DNA of 64,000 bases from a virus. Below the pieces are notes generated by a model. It saw only the letters and a list, made by a program, of their open reading frames with translations. It had not been told where the DNA came from and ran no database searches. The position numbers and the translations under genes are program-made. The stretch covers positions 25,433 through 89,432 of IMG/VR virus record IMGVR_UViG_3300025009_000068; one strand, given 5' to 3'. Every line of letters begins with the position of its first letter. Position 1 is the stretch's first letter. Positions 50,667 to 58,962 of this stretch are shown here, one piece after another.

Positions 50667-51386
50667 ATGTCAGACCTCATGCACATTCGCAGTTTTGATG
50701 CGGAAACGATTCCAGCGGATAACATCCCCGAGGAATGTCTCCCCGTGTTCGACCCGGCAGAGGTGGCCATCCCCGCCAATTGGGGACCCGATGCTGCGCA
50801 AAAAAAGATCAACGCCGAGCGCGACAAGTTCAGGGAGAAGTCCAAGAAGGACCTGGGGGTCAAGCCCGAGTTCTGCCGGCCCTGCTCTTTCGTGGGGTAT
50901 GATTCGAAGAGCGAGGAGTACCTGGAGCTTTTTGCCACGAACGAGGAAGAAGAAAAGAAGCTCCTCATTGCGGCGTGGGACTGGATGCGCGAGGCTATGC
51001 AATCTGGGATCACGCTTGTTTCCTACAATGGCAAAACGTTTGATTGCCAGGTCATGCACCGGCGCTCCATGATGCTCGACGTCGCGGCAGTCAAGCCGTC
51101 CATGTACCAAAAGCTCGTGGACACTCGCCTCGAAAACAAGGCGCATGTTGATGTCGAGCTTTCCCTGGGAATGAAAACTCCCTTTTCAAACAAGCCCATC
51201 TTAAAGAAAATGGAATACTGGTGCGCCTACTTCGGGGTGGGAGCAAAACCGACTGGGTGGGATGGGAGCAAGGTTTACCCGGCATACCTTGAGGGAATGT
51301 ATGAAGATATCCTTCTTTACAATAAGTGGGATGTCGATCTACTGACCGGGCTTTTCAGGAGGGTGGAGCCCTGGATCGTGGATTGA
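50667..51386 (+). CDS. PolB-type/RNase H-like 3'-5' exonuclease
   Basis: ExoI FDAET, ExoII SYNGKTFD and ExoIII YNKWDV motifs. Confidence 0.8.
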   Translation: MSDLMHIRSFDAETIPADNIPEECLPVFDPAEVAIPANWGPDAAQKKINAERDKFREKSKKDLGVKPEFCRPCSFVGYDSKSEEYLELFATNEEEEKKLLIAAWDWMREAMQSGITLVSYNGKTFDCQVMHRRSMMLDVAAVKPSMYQKLVDTRLENKAHVDVELSLGMKTPFSNKPILKKMEYWCAYFGVGAKPTGWDGSKVYPAYLEGMYEDILLYNKWDVDLLTGLFRRVEPWIVD

Positions 51387-51465
51387 ACGATCTTTTTGAA
51401 AGGACCGCGCTATGGTTGATTTTGCAAAACTCAGAGAACAGCGTAAACATGGAAAGGAAAACATC

Positions 51466-52554
51466 ATGTCCGACAAAGACCAGTCCCAAGTGCAGTCTCA
51501 GGCACAAGTCCCCGCCGTCCACTCCCACGCCGGCACCATAGCCATCCCGGAAAGCCTCCAGGGCTACACCGGATGGGAGGCCTTCGATTCATCCGATCTG
51601 GTAATCCCGCGATACCGGGTCATCCAGCCGACCAGCAAGACAGGCACGGAAGGAAACTTTCTTTGCAACCTTACCGGCGAAGAGGTGGAAACCCTGAACG
51701 TGGTGATCGTGAAGGCCGACAAAGGCCGTAGCTTCTGGTCGCAGCAGGACCGCTCCAAAAACTCCCCCGAAGTCAACGCCTACATACAGGACCTGATTTC
51801 CGAAACCGGCAAGAACAGTGAATGGCTCGCTTCCGGAGACGGCGGTGACTTGCTCTGTCGCTCGTACAACTACTGGGAGCCCGATCCGCGCCATCCGCTT
51901 CCTCCTTCAAAGGTCTGCGCCGTAATGGGGCCTGGGAATCGCCCCAAGCAGGTTTGTCCCTTCGGTGCCTGGGATGAGGACGGGAAAACCAAGCCTCCGT
52001 GCGGCATGTCCTACAATCTCCTCTGCATCGGGCTGGAAGACTCTATCCCATTTTGGTTGACGCTCCACGGCGTAAGCATCAAGCCCACCAAGGGTTTTAT
52101 TTCGGGAGTCATGCTCCGCCGCAAGCCCTTCTTCATGTTCCAGACCGAGATATCCCTGGAAAAAAGGCTCGAGCCTCAGAAGCACTATCGCGCGAAGTTC
52201 ACCATGCCGAAGCCGGTTGACGAGGTGCTGCTGAACGAGATCATCATCCCGACGGTCGAGTCCCTGAAGGATGCCAGCGTTCAGACTACGTTCGAGGCGG
52301 AAGAGGCTGCGGAAGCTACCGCGGCCAGGATGGGCGGGGAAGGTGGCGCTGGTGGAGGATATGGCGGAGCAGGCGAGGGTGCTGGCGGCACAGAAAGCAG
52401 GCCCGGAGAGCCCGAGTTTATGAAGCCTGCTGGAGGGGCCAGCGCGAGCCAAGTTAAGGATGCTGGCGCCAAGGATTCCAGCGCGGGCCAGGCCAAGAAG
52501 GGTGGGGCTGCTGGTGGAACCGGAAGCGGAGCGGGAGAGAAGTCACCGTTTTAG
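51466..52554 (+). CDS. Putative ssDNA-binding/annealing protein
   Basis: DLVIPRYRVIQPTS motif; flexible Gly-rich tail ending in PF; lies in the ATPase-exonuclease module. Confidence 0.5.
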   Translation: MSDKDQSQVQSQAQVPAVHSHAGTIAIPESLQGYTGWEAFDSSDLVIPRYRVIQPTSKTGTEGNFLCNLTGEEVETLNVVIVKADKGRSFWSQQDRSKNSPEVNAYIQDLISETGKNSEWLASGDGGDLLCRSYNYWEPDPRHPLPPSKVCAVMGPGNRPKQVCPFGAWDEDGKTKPPCGMSYNLLCIGLEDSIPFWLTLHGVSIKPTKGFISGVMLRRKPFFMFQTEISLEKRLEPQKHYRAKFTMPKPVDEVLLNEIIIPTVESLKDASVQTTFEAEEAAEATAARMGGEGGAGGGYGGAGEGAGGTESRPGEPEFMKPAGGASASQVKDAGAKDSSAGQAKKGGAAGGTGSGAGEKSPF

Positions 52555-52646
52555 CGAAAAGTGTAATCACAAGCCTTGGGGGGAGGGTCCTCCAGATTCC
52601 ACCCTTCAAGGCAACCATGCTTTCCATTAAGAGTGGGGGTTTCGCT

Positions 52647-53084
52647 ATGGCTCAATATGAATTTCTGCTCCACGTTTGGGGTGAAGTAATGAATGAGGAC
52701 CTCATTGAAAGAGACTTGGGAATAAAAGGTCAGGACTTCTGGTTCTCTACCAAGCAAGAGCGCGAAGAATTCAAGCGAAGACTTTATGATTTTGCAAGGG
52801 AGCGTGGCGCAATCATTGCCTTTGCAGAACATGAAGGTTTGGACGTTCGCAAAAAGACTATAGCCAAAATAGTTTTCGAATATGAAGACAAGGAATACTG
52901 CCTGGATTATGATTTTGGTTATGGCTACCCACCTGATTCGGCCGAGTATCTGTTCACTGATGGAAACTATGAATGCGATTGTAACCGAAGCACATTTCTG
53001 CATAAGAAGTATCCTGATTTTCCAGAAATGGAAGAGTGCGGAGAGAGAATAAAAATGGTCAAATTTGAAGTGATTTTAGTTTAA
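52647..53084 (+). CDS. Hypothetical AT-rich protein
   Basis: YLFTDGNYECDCNRS motif; lower GC than its neighbours. Confidence 0.55.
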   Translation: MAQYEFLLHVWGEVMNEDLIERDLGIKGQDFWFSTKQEREEFKRRLYDFARERGAIIAFAEHEGLDVRKKTIAKIVFEYEDKEYCLDYDFGYGYPPDSAEYLFTDGNYECDCNRSTFLHKKYPDFPEMEECGERIKMVKFEVILV

Positions 53085-53129
53085 CATTACTTCAATACCC
53101 AACATCCCAAAAAAGTAAGGAATCATATC

Positions 53130-53411
53130 ATGGGAGTAAGAGTGAAAGACAAGGAAACCGGAGAATGGCGTGAAGTAGAACTTGACAAACGTCCTTCATG
53201 GCGAAGCATGAGCATGAGCCGCGCAACAAGCGGAACCAATAGCGACGGCTCACCAAAACAGGGAACAATGTATTCTATGGCCGTGTGGGTGCCCATAGAC
53301 AGGCATGGCGAAGAAAGCGGCCTGGACCTCAAAATCCACCACGCCATGGTGAAAGCCATTGGTGAAGTCTTGGCCGATGCCGGGAAGATAGATCGGAACG
53401 ATATCGCATAG
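53130..53411 (+). CDS. Hypothetical protein
   Basis: 93-aa ORF with RBS. Confidence 0.5.
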   Translation: MGVRVKDKETGEWREVELDKRPSWRSMSMSRATSGTNSDGSPKQGTMYSMAVWVPIDRHGEESGLDLKIHHAMVKAIGEVLADAGKIDRNDIA

Positions 53412-53424
53412 CGAGGAGAGTGTC

Positions 53425-55701
53425 ATGTCTAAGCTGGCCAGGAAGACGCCATCACCTTGCAACGCATCTCAATCTTCCGCTCCCACCACCATCAACGCCG
53501 TAGAAACCATATCCGGGACCATAAAGGACATGAGCCGCCCCTTCACGGGAGGTTGGAGAATTATCCGGATCAGTGGCATTCCAGAAAAGGCTACCGGTGT
53601 TCTTCCGCTGGACTTCGAGGTCGGGGATTGCGTAACCCTGGAAGGGAAGTACGAAGAGACGGGGTACGGCCGGCAATTCAAATTCTCCAACGCCACCCGC
53701 GAGCTTCCCAGGGATACCATGGGAATCATCCACTACCTCGACCGCCTGCGCTGGGTCGGACCTACTCTTGCGCGTCGTCTCGTGGAGGCCTTCGGCCCAG
53801 CCCTCTTCGAAGTGATTGAGCACTCTCCCGGGAAGCTCTCCGAGGTCAATGGCATCACCCCGGCCCGAGCCCAGGAGATCCACGAGAAATACATCTCCAT
53901 CATGTCGGATCGCACGATTGACGTGTACTTCAGCACCCACGGGATAACGCCCTCCCTTCTGAACCGCCTCATGGACACTTACGGCACCAAGGAGAAAGCC
54001 AAGAAGCAGATCGAGGCCAACGTGTACCTTCTGGCCGACGATGTGTGGGGGATAGGCTTCAAGAAAGCCGACGCCATTGCCGTGTCCACCGGGATAAAAA
54101 AGGAAAGCAGGCGTCGTCTGACGGCCGGAATCAGGTATGTTCTGCAGGAAGCATCCGGTAGAGAAGGGCACACCTGTCTCCCCTTCGAGGAACTGGTCAA
54201 GCGCGCCGTGGAGATCCTCGAGGCCGGGAAGGAGAAGGTTGTTGAGGTGCTAAGCGAGATGATCGCCGCGGGGAAGCTGGTGGATTTTACGCCGGGGAGG
54301 GAAATGATGGGAATGGAGGCGCAGAAAAAGAGCGATGCCTTGAAGGAAGAAGCCCTTCCCTTCGAGGGTGATGCAGGCAAAGTCGATGCAACCACTCCCG
54401 CCCCCGTCACCTACATCTACACGGCAGAAATGTGGACCGCTGAAATCGACGTGGCACAGTCCCTCCTAAAGTTCGTCTCAACCCCCCATGCAGCCATGAT
54501 AAGCGAGCTCTCCTCGGATGAAATCAACTCCCTCGACCAAGACCAGCTTCGAGGCCTGGACCTCGCCATGACGTCAAAAATCATGGTTCTAGCGGGTGGG
54601 CCCGGAGTTGGCAAAACCCACTTGATCAACTTCATCATCCGAGCCATGGGTCGAGATTTGAATATTGCCCTGGCCGCCCCCACGGGAAAGGCGGCCAAAC
54701 GCATGTCCGAGGCAACCGGCGGTCGTGCGGCCATGACCATTCACCGCCTGCTCGCCTTTCATCCCGAGGTGGGATTCCGCCACAACCAGGACAACCCCCT
54801 CGACGTGGACGTGCTCGTGATCGATGAGACCTCCATGGTGGATGTGCAACTCATGGCGAGCCTGTTATCCGCGGTCAACCCGGAGAAGACGCAGCTTATC
54901 CTCGTTGGGGACCCGGCCCAGTTGCCGTCGGTGAGTGCCGGGAGGGTGTTGGGAGACATCATCGAATCGTGGATAATCCCCACAGTGCATCTCACCACCC
55001 TTCATCGCCAGGCCGCGAAGAGTTACATCAACCGGAACGCTCAGCGAATCAATCGCGGCGAGAAGGTTGAGCTCAAAAATGATGGCGACTCGGATTTCTT
55101 CTTTGTGACCGAGGAGGACAAGCACGGCATCGCCCCCATGATAGAGAAGGTGTGCGTGAAATTCTCCGCGCACTATGGGTTTGACCTGAAGGATATCCAG
55201 GTGTTGTGTCCCATGAAGAAGGGGCCGGCCGGGACGATAGAACTGAATAGGCGATTGAGGCCCGTGATCAACGTCGAAGGGGTGGCTATAGGCGGGACGC
55301 CTTTTTTGACAGGGGATAGGGTCATCCAGACGAGGAACGATTACAAGAAGATGGTGTTCAACGGGGACATGGGGATTGTGCTTGGAGGGGATGCGAGTGC
55401 CGTTGTGGTCATGATCGATGATCGGGAAGTCGAGTATGCTTCCAAGGATTTTGAGCAACTACAGATGGCTTATGCGCTTACTGTTCACCGATCACAAGGG
55501 AGTGAATTTCCCGTTGTTGTGATCCCGGTACACACCACAAATTATATTCAACTCCGGAGAAATCTCTTGTATACTGCCATCACTCGTGCTAAAAGGTATG
55601 TTGTCTTGGTAGGCCAACAAAAGGCAATAAACCTTTGCATAAGGACGACAGATGCAAGCAATAGATTTACAAATCTTGCAAGAAGGCTCAGAGGTCAATA
55701 A
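53425..55701 (+). CDS. recD2: RecD2-like SF1B helicase
   Basis: HhH repeats; GGPGVGKT; APTGKAAKR; IDETSMVD; VGDPAQLPSV; AYALTVHRSQGSEF; LYTAITRAK. Confidence 0.92.
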   Translation: MSKLARKTPSPCNASQSSAPTTINAVETISGTIKDMSRPFTGGWRIIRISGIPEKATGVLPLDFEVGDCVTLEGKYEETGYGRQFKFSNATRELPRDTMGIIHYLDRLRWVGPTLARRLVEAFGPALFEVIEHSPGKLSEVNGITPARAQEIHEKYISIMSDRTIDVYFSTHGITPSLLNRLMDTYGTKEKAKKQIEANVYLLADDVWGIGFKKADAIAVSTGIKKESRRRLTAGIRYVLQEASGREGHTCLPFEELVKRAVEILEAGKEKVVEVLSEMIAAGKLVDFTPGREMMGMEAQKKSDALKEEALPFEGDAGKVDATTPAPVTYIYTAEMWTAEIDVAQSLLKFVSTPHAAMISELSSDEINSLDQDQLRGLDLAMTSKIMVLAGGPGVGKTHLINFIIRAMGRDLNIALAAPTGKAAKRMSEATGGRAAMTIHRLLAFHPEVGFRHNQDNPLDVDVLVIDETSMVDVQLMASLLSAVNPEKTQLILVGDPAQLPSVSAGRVLGDIIESWIIPTVHLTTLHRQAAKSYINRNAQRINRGEKVELKNDGDSDFFFVTEEDKHGIAPMIEKVCVKFSAHYGFDLKDIQVLCPMKKGPAGTIELNRRLRPVINVEGVAIGGTPFLTGDRVIQTRNDYKKMVFNGDMGIVLGGDASAVVVMIDDREVEYASKDFEQLQMAYALTVHRSQGSEFPVVVIPVHTTNYIQLRRNLLYTAITRAKRYVVLVGQQKAINLCIRTTDASNRFTNLARRLRGQ

Positions 55702-56413
55702 AGAGACCTGGATTCCAGTGTGGTGGTGCCAGGATTATGATGTATCGAATTTTGGAAGGGTGAGATCGAGAAAAAGGAAATTACCAATAATACTTTCTGC
55801 ATGTCCAAACCAGTGGGGCTATTTGCAAGTTGCCCTGTGTCAGAATGGCAAGGTAAAATGTTGCAGAATTCATGTTTTGGTTTTGGAAGCATTTGTATGC
55901 AAGCGACCCAGTGGCAAAAATGCTAATCATAAAGATGGAAATAAGAATAACAATTTTGATTTTAATCTTGAATGGGTAACTCATCAAGAAAATGTAATCC
56001 ATTCATATAAAACTGAGTTAAAGCATGGTCTGCGTGGAGAGAAAAGCGGAAGGAGTAAACTAAAAGATGGTGAAGTGTGGCTTATTAAGAAGCTATGGCT
56101 TTCTGGAATACCGTCAATACTAATAGGCAAGATGTTCAAAGTAACTCCTCATCATACGGCTAGAATAGGAAGAGATGAGTTGTGGGGAGACATTGACATA
56201 TCTTATGATGAAGTTTCGCCAGTTAAATACAAAACAGATGATTATGGAGAGCGTCACTTCAAGTCCAAATGGAAAGATGGTGAAGTTTGGCTCATAAAGA
56301 AACTGCTTAACGCCAATATTGATAGAAAGATTATACAAAAGATGTTTAATATGAAAAAATCCAATCTTTCTCACATAGCTGTTGGTATGACGTGGCGTCA
56401 TATTGAAGTGTGA
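55652..56413 (+). CDS. NUMOD4-HNH homing endonuclease
   Basis: YDVSNFGRVRS (NUMOD4); ANHKDGNKNNN..NLEWVTHQENVIH; two repeated C-terminal DNA-binding units; AT-rich; start uncertain. Confidence 0.85.
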   Translation: MQAIDLQILQEGSEVNKETWIPVWWCQDYDVSNFGRVRSRKRKLPIILSACPNQWGYLQVALCQNGKVKCCRIHVLVLEAFVCKRPSGKNANHKDGNKNNNFDFNLEWVTHQENVIHSYKTELKHGLRGEKSGRSKLKDGEVWLIKKLWLSGIPSILIGKMFKVTPHHTARIGRDELWGDIDISYDEVSPVKYKTDDYGERHFKSKWKDGEVWLIKKLLNANIDRKIIQKMFNMKKSNLSHIAVGMTWRHIEV

Positions 56414-56459
56414 TGTTGGGCTCGGTGAGTAGACAACCCAGCGATTCGGGAAAGATCCA

Positions 56460-56708
56460 ATGGGCTGGAAGTTTGTGTGCCCCTCCTGTGGCTACGTTGC
56501 CAGCGTTAAGGATTGGAAGGATGCCGGGGCATCAGACCGGGAAGCGGCTTTCTCCTGTGTGGGACGAGCGATGAATTCTGATAAGCAGATTTTCGATAAA
56601 ACGGGCGGGCCATGCAATTACGCCGGCGGGGGGCTCTTTGGGCTCAACCCGGTCACGGTTGATTTTGACGGAAAGGCCATTAAGGTTTTCGCGTTTGCGG
56701 AAGCCTAA
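56460..56708 (+). CDS. Cassette 1 gene: VVA0879-like Zn-binding protein (possibly 5'-truncated)
   Basis: WKFVCPSCG..FSCVGR..CNYAGGGLF; its stop TAA lies inside the R'' box of attC1. Confidence 0.6.
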   Translation: MGWKFVCPSCGYVASVKDWKDAGASDREAAFSCVGRAMNSDKQIFDKTGGPCNYAGGGLFGLNPVTVDFDGKAIKVFAFAEA

Positions 56709-56795
56709 CCCAGTAATGAACCAGACGGGTACCACGCCTTGGTTTTATGCAGTCGGCGGTGCTAGGGTGCCCGCTGGTTATCGCCAAAGTTAGGC
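56703..56795 (+). mobile_element. attC site 1
   Basis: R'' GCCTAAC ... R' GTTAGGC; inner arms ATGAACCAG-A-CGGGTACC / GGTGCCCG-CTGGTT-AT with extrahelical bases. Confidence 0.88.
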
Positions 56796-56813
56796 CGCGC
56801 GAGAGTAAAGTCA

Positions 56814-57665
56814 ATGCCAAGAGCACAGCAAATGTCGGTAGTACCATTGCAAAACGTGGTCGCTGAGTCCGTGGGTTTTATGCAGGCTCATGAACCATCT
56901 GAGGGGTATATGGTTTGCAATAGTTTCGGCAAAGACTCAGTTGTGCTCATGGAGTTGGTGAAAATGGCTGGAGTTAAATGCTTTCCGGTCCACAGCTTCA
57001 CCGGCATTGATCCACCTGAGGCGATCAAGTTCGGGCTCAAGACATACCCTGATACTCGTATTTACCGTCCCGTCATGTCTATGTGGGAAGGCATCAGAGC
57101 TAAGTTTCCTCCCGTTTTTAATAAGCGCTGGTGTTGCGACGTACTAAAGAAAGACCCAACGAAAGCTATCCCCTTGAAACACAAACTGGTTGGCATACGG
57201 GCCGAAGAGTCTCCAGGGAGGAAAGAGCGTGGGAGGATTTCAAGGTTTCGCGGCAAATGGCAGTATTCTCCCATTTTCGAGTGGCACGAATGGCACGTCT
57301 GGGAGTTCATCGAAGGTCTTGGCCTGCCATTTTGCGAACTGTATGACCAGGGCTTTGACCGGATCGGCTGAATGGTGTGCCCTTTAATCGTCTCGGTCGG
57401 GATGGGTAAGGTGAAGCAGCACAGGCAAAGGTGGCCCGGATGTTATCGGGTTTTTGAGCATGCGGTCACATGGTGGTTCTGGAACAAGGCTGGCGAAGAC
57501 AAGACTCGCTGGCCCACACCCAAAGCATACCTGGACGCATGGTACCGTGGATTCAAATCATCTAACAAGCGCATGCAGCCGGACACCGACCACGCGGGGG
57601 CAATTCAGTTGCGTCTCTTCGAGTCCTCGGCCCGCGTGATCGGTGCCGCTGATGCGCAGCGTTAG
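56814..57665 (+). CDS. Cassette 2 gene: PAPS/APS-reductase-family protein, probable selenoprotein (Sec at UGA 57369-57371), 283 aa
   Basis: SFGKDS PP-loop, RWCC..LKK, GIRAEES..R, PIFEW..VW and GFDRIG-[TGA]-MVCP; the next ORF continues in frame; SECIS-like hairpin follows. Confidence 0.8.
57382..57411 (+). promoter_or_regulatory. Bacterial SECIS-like hairpin
   Basis: CUUUAAUCGUCUC-[GGUC]-GGGAUGGGUAAGG; about a 13-bp stem with G-U pairs and one mismatch; loop begins 23 nt after the UGA. Confidence 0.7.
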
Positions 57666-57667
57666 AC
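57560..57667 (+). mobile_element. attC site 2
   Basis: ATCTAAC AAGCGCATGCAGC..CACCGA.CACGCGGG / CCCGCGTG.TCGGTG..GCTGATGCGC..GTTAGAC. Confidence 0.88.
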
Positions 57668-57682
57668 GGCGAGGAGGTGGTG

Positions 57683-57883
57683 ATGGTAACAGTGAGTTTC
57701 CCGGCGGGCGACAGAGGTATCTCGTGCTGCGCCTGCGGCGGAAAGGTTATCGTGACGCGCACCACATTGAGGTGCCGCAAGTGCGGAACAACCGCACCCA
57801 ACGCTTGGGTGCCAAAGGGGTCTAACCCAGCAATGAACCCGACGCCGGCCACGCGCGTGAGTCGTGCTACGGAAACCCGTTAA
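57683..57883 (+). CDS. Cassette 3 gene: small Zn-ribbon protein
   Basis: GGAGGT RBS; CCACGG...CRKCG; reads into attC3. Confidence 0.6.
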   Translation: MVTVSFPAGDRGISCCACGGKVIVTRTTLRCRKCGTTAPNAWVPKGSNPAMNPTPATRVSRATETR

Positions 57884-57912
57884 GGCCGGCGCGGGTTATC
57901 GCCACGTTAGGC
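57820..57912 (+). mobile_element. attC site 3
   Basis: GTCTAAC..ATGAACCCG-A-CGCCGGCC / GGCCGGCG-CGGGTT-AT..GTTAGGC. Confidence 0.9.
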
Positions 57913-57933
57913 CGCGAGGCCCGAGGAGACGGA

Positions 57934-58110
57934 ATGAAAATGAAAGCGTGGGGCTATGCCCATCTCTTGGTCGAGGCGGAATTCGAAGTAGATGAGACTG
58001 GATGCGAGCATACGGAGGCAATGAAAGCTTTGAACGAGGCGGCCAGGAAAGAATACGGCATATATCCGTCGCAATTCGAGTTTTCGGATGGGATTAATAT
58101 CACGGAGTAA
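57934..58110 (+). CDS. Cassette 4 gene: 58-aa acidic hypothetical protein (not in the ORF track)
   Basis: GAGGAG RBS; MKMKAWGYAHLLVEAEFEVDE...DGINITE*; stop is 3 nt before attC4. Confidence 0.65.
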   Translation: MKMKAWGYAHLLVEAEFEVDETGCEHTEAMKALNEAARKEYGIYPSQFEFSDGINITE

Positions 58111-58113
58111 ATG

Positions 58114-58206
58114 GCCTAACCCAGGGCTGGAGCCGAAGCGGGCCACGCGTGGTGCTACGGAAGTCCGTGGTACTACGGCCCGCTCGGCTCAGCCCCAATG
58201 TTATGC
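58114..58206 (+). mobile_element. attC site 4
   Basis: GCCTAAC..GGGCTGGAGCCGA-A-GCGGGCC / GGCCCGC-TCGGCTC-AGCCC..GTTATGC. Confidence 0.9.
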
Positions 58207-58223
58207 GGCGAAAGGGGGAGGTG

Positions 58224-58433
58224 ATGAAGTGTGGAGCTGTCAACGAGACGTTCCCGCACGTGGCCTGTGAGTTGGAGCCAGGGCACTCGGGGAGACACGG
58301 GGCTATTAGGCCCATGCGTGGCGGTGGTGAGGGGGTGTATTTATGGCATAACCCAGGGCTGCAGGCGACGGCGGAGGAAGCCCGAGACGTTGGTTCAGAG
58401 TCCTTGGCCGCCGCGCCTGAGCCCCAATGTTAG
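58224..58433 (+). CDS. Cassette 5 gene: small Cys/His metal-binding protein
   Basis: GGAGGT RBS; C..C.L..GH.G.H motif; reads through attC5 to the TAG in GTTAG. Confidence 0.6.
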   Translation: MKCGAVNETFPHVACELEPGHSGRHGAIRPMRGGGEGVYLWHNPGLQATAEEARDVGSESLAAAPEPQC

Positions 58434-58435
58434 GC
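58346..58435 (+). mobile_element. attC site 5
   Basis: GCATAAC..GGGCTGCAGGCG-A-CGGCGG / CCGCCG-CGCCTG-AGCCC..GTTAGGC. Confidence 0.9.
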
Positions 58436-58458
58436 CACTTGGGACAGGAGCTGGAAGA

Positions 58459-58842
58459 ATGACGAAAAATGAACGGGTGGATATGGTCAATCAGGCATTG
58501 GAGGCAATCGCTTCCAACGGCAGGCGGTTTTTTTATCATGAAAACCGAGTGTCCAAGATGGAGGTGGACGCTAGAGGGCGAGTCTGGTTTGTGGATTCGT
58601 ACTCACAACGGCGCATTTTCACGCATTGCCCATTCAGCCGATGGAGAGGATTCACAAATGGCGGCACACTCAAGGCTCTTGTTTGTCATTTTAGGGACTT
58701 CATCACAAAAGCAAAGCCGGTACCGGCCCATTGCTTTGGACCGTGGCCGGAATGGTATTGCGATGGGGATCTGTGGGGTTATGGTGAAGATATGGCGTTG
58801 GTTCGGAGTGCAGCCGTGAAGATTGGTATTGTGGCGTCGTGA
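58459..58842 (+). CDS. Hypothetical phage protein after the last attC
   Basis: AGGAG RBS; GRRFFY..GRVWFVD..WRGFTNGGTL..DLWGYG; no attC follows. Confidence 0.65.
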   Translation: MTKNERVDMVNQALEAIASNGRRFFYHENRVSKMEVDARGRVWFVDSYSQRRIFTHCPFSRWRGFTNGGTLKALVCHFRDFITKAKPVPAHCFGPWPEWYCDGDLWGYGEDMALVRSAAVKIGIVAS

Positions 58843-58899
58843 CCCTGTGTGGTGGAGCCGAAGCTGGCAACTTGAGAGTGCTACAATGATCCGTGGAAT

Positions 58900-58962
58900 G
58901 CCTTGAAGGGAAGGGCTTGCTTTTTTACGCCACCAACGCAAGCCCTCCCATCCCTTCAAGGC
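58900..58962. terminator. Long hairpin between convergent operons
   Basis: GCCTTGAAGGGA..AGGGCTTGC / GCAAGCCCT..TCCCTTCAAGGC. Confidence 0.6.

Noticed and set aside
57369-57371. TGA as evidence of genome-wide stop-codon reassignment or of a simple pseudogene
   Set aside because: TGA is a genuine stop in many other genes (e.g. those ending at 32719, 33910 and 46608, and the ATGA overlaps). Its position at a conserved Cys together with the hairpin favours Sec, although a nonsense mutation or sequencing error is not fully excluded.
56703-58435. The repeats as a CRISPR array, REP elements or terminators
   Set aside because: The units are 90-108 bp, divergent from each other, separated by whole genes, lack U-tracts and carry attC R boxes; there are no cas genes.
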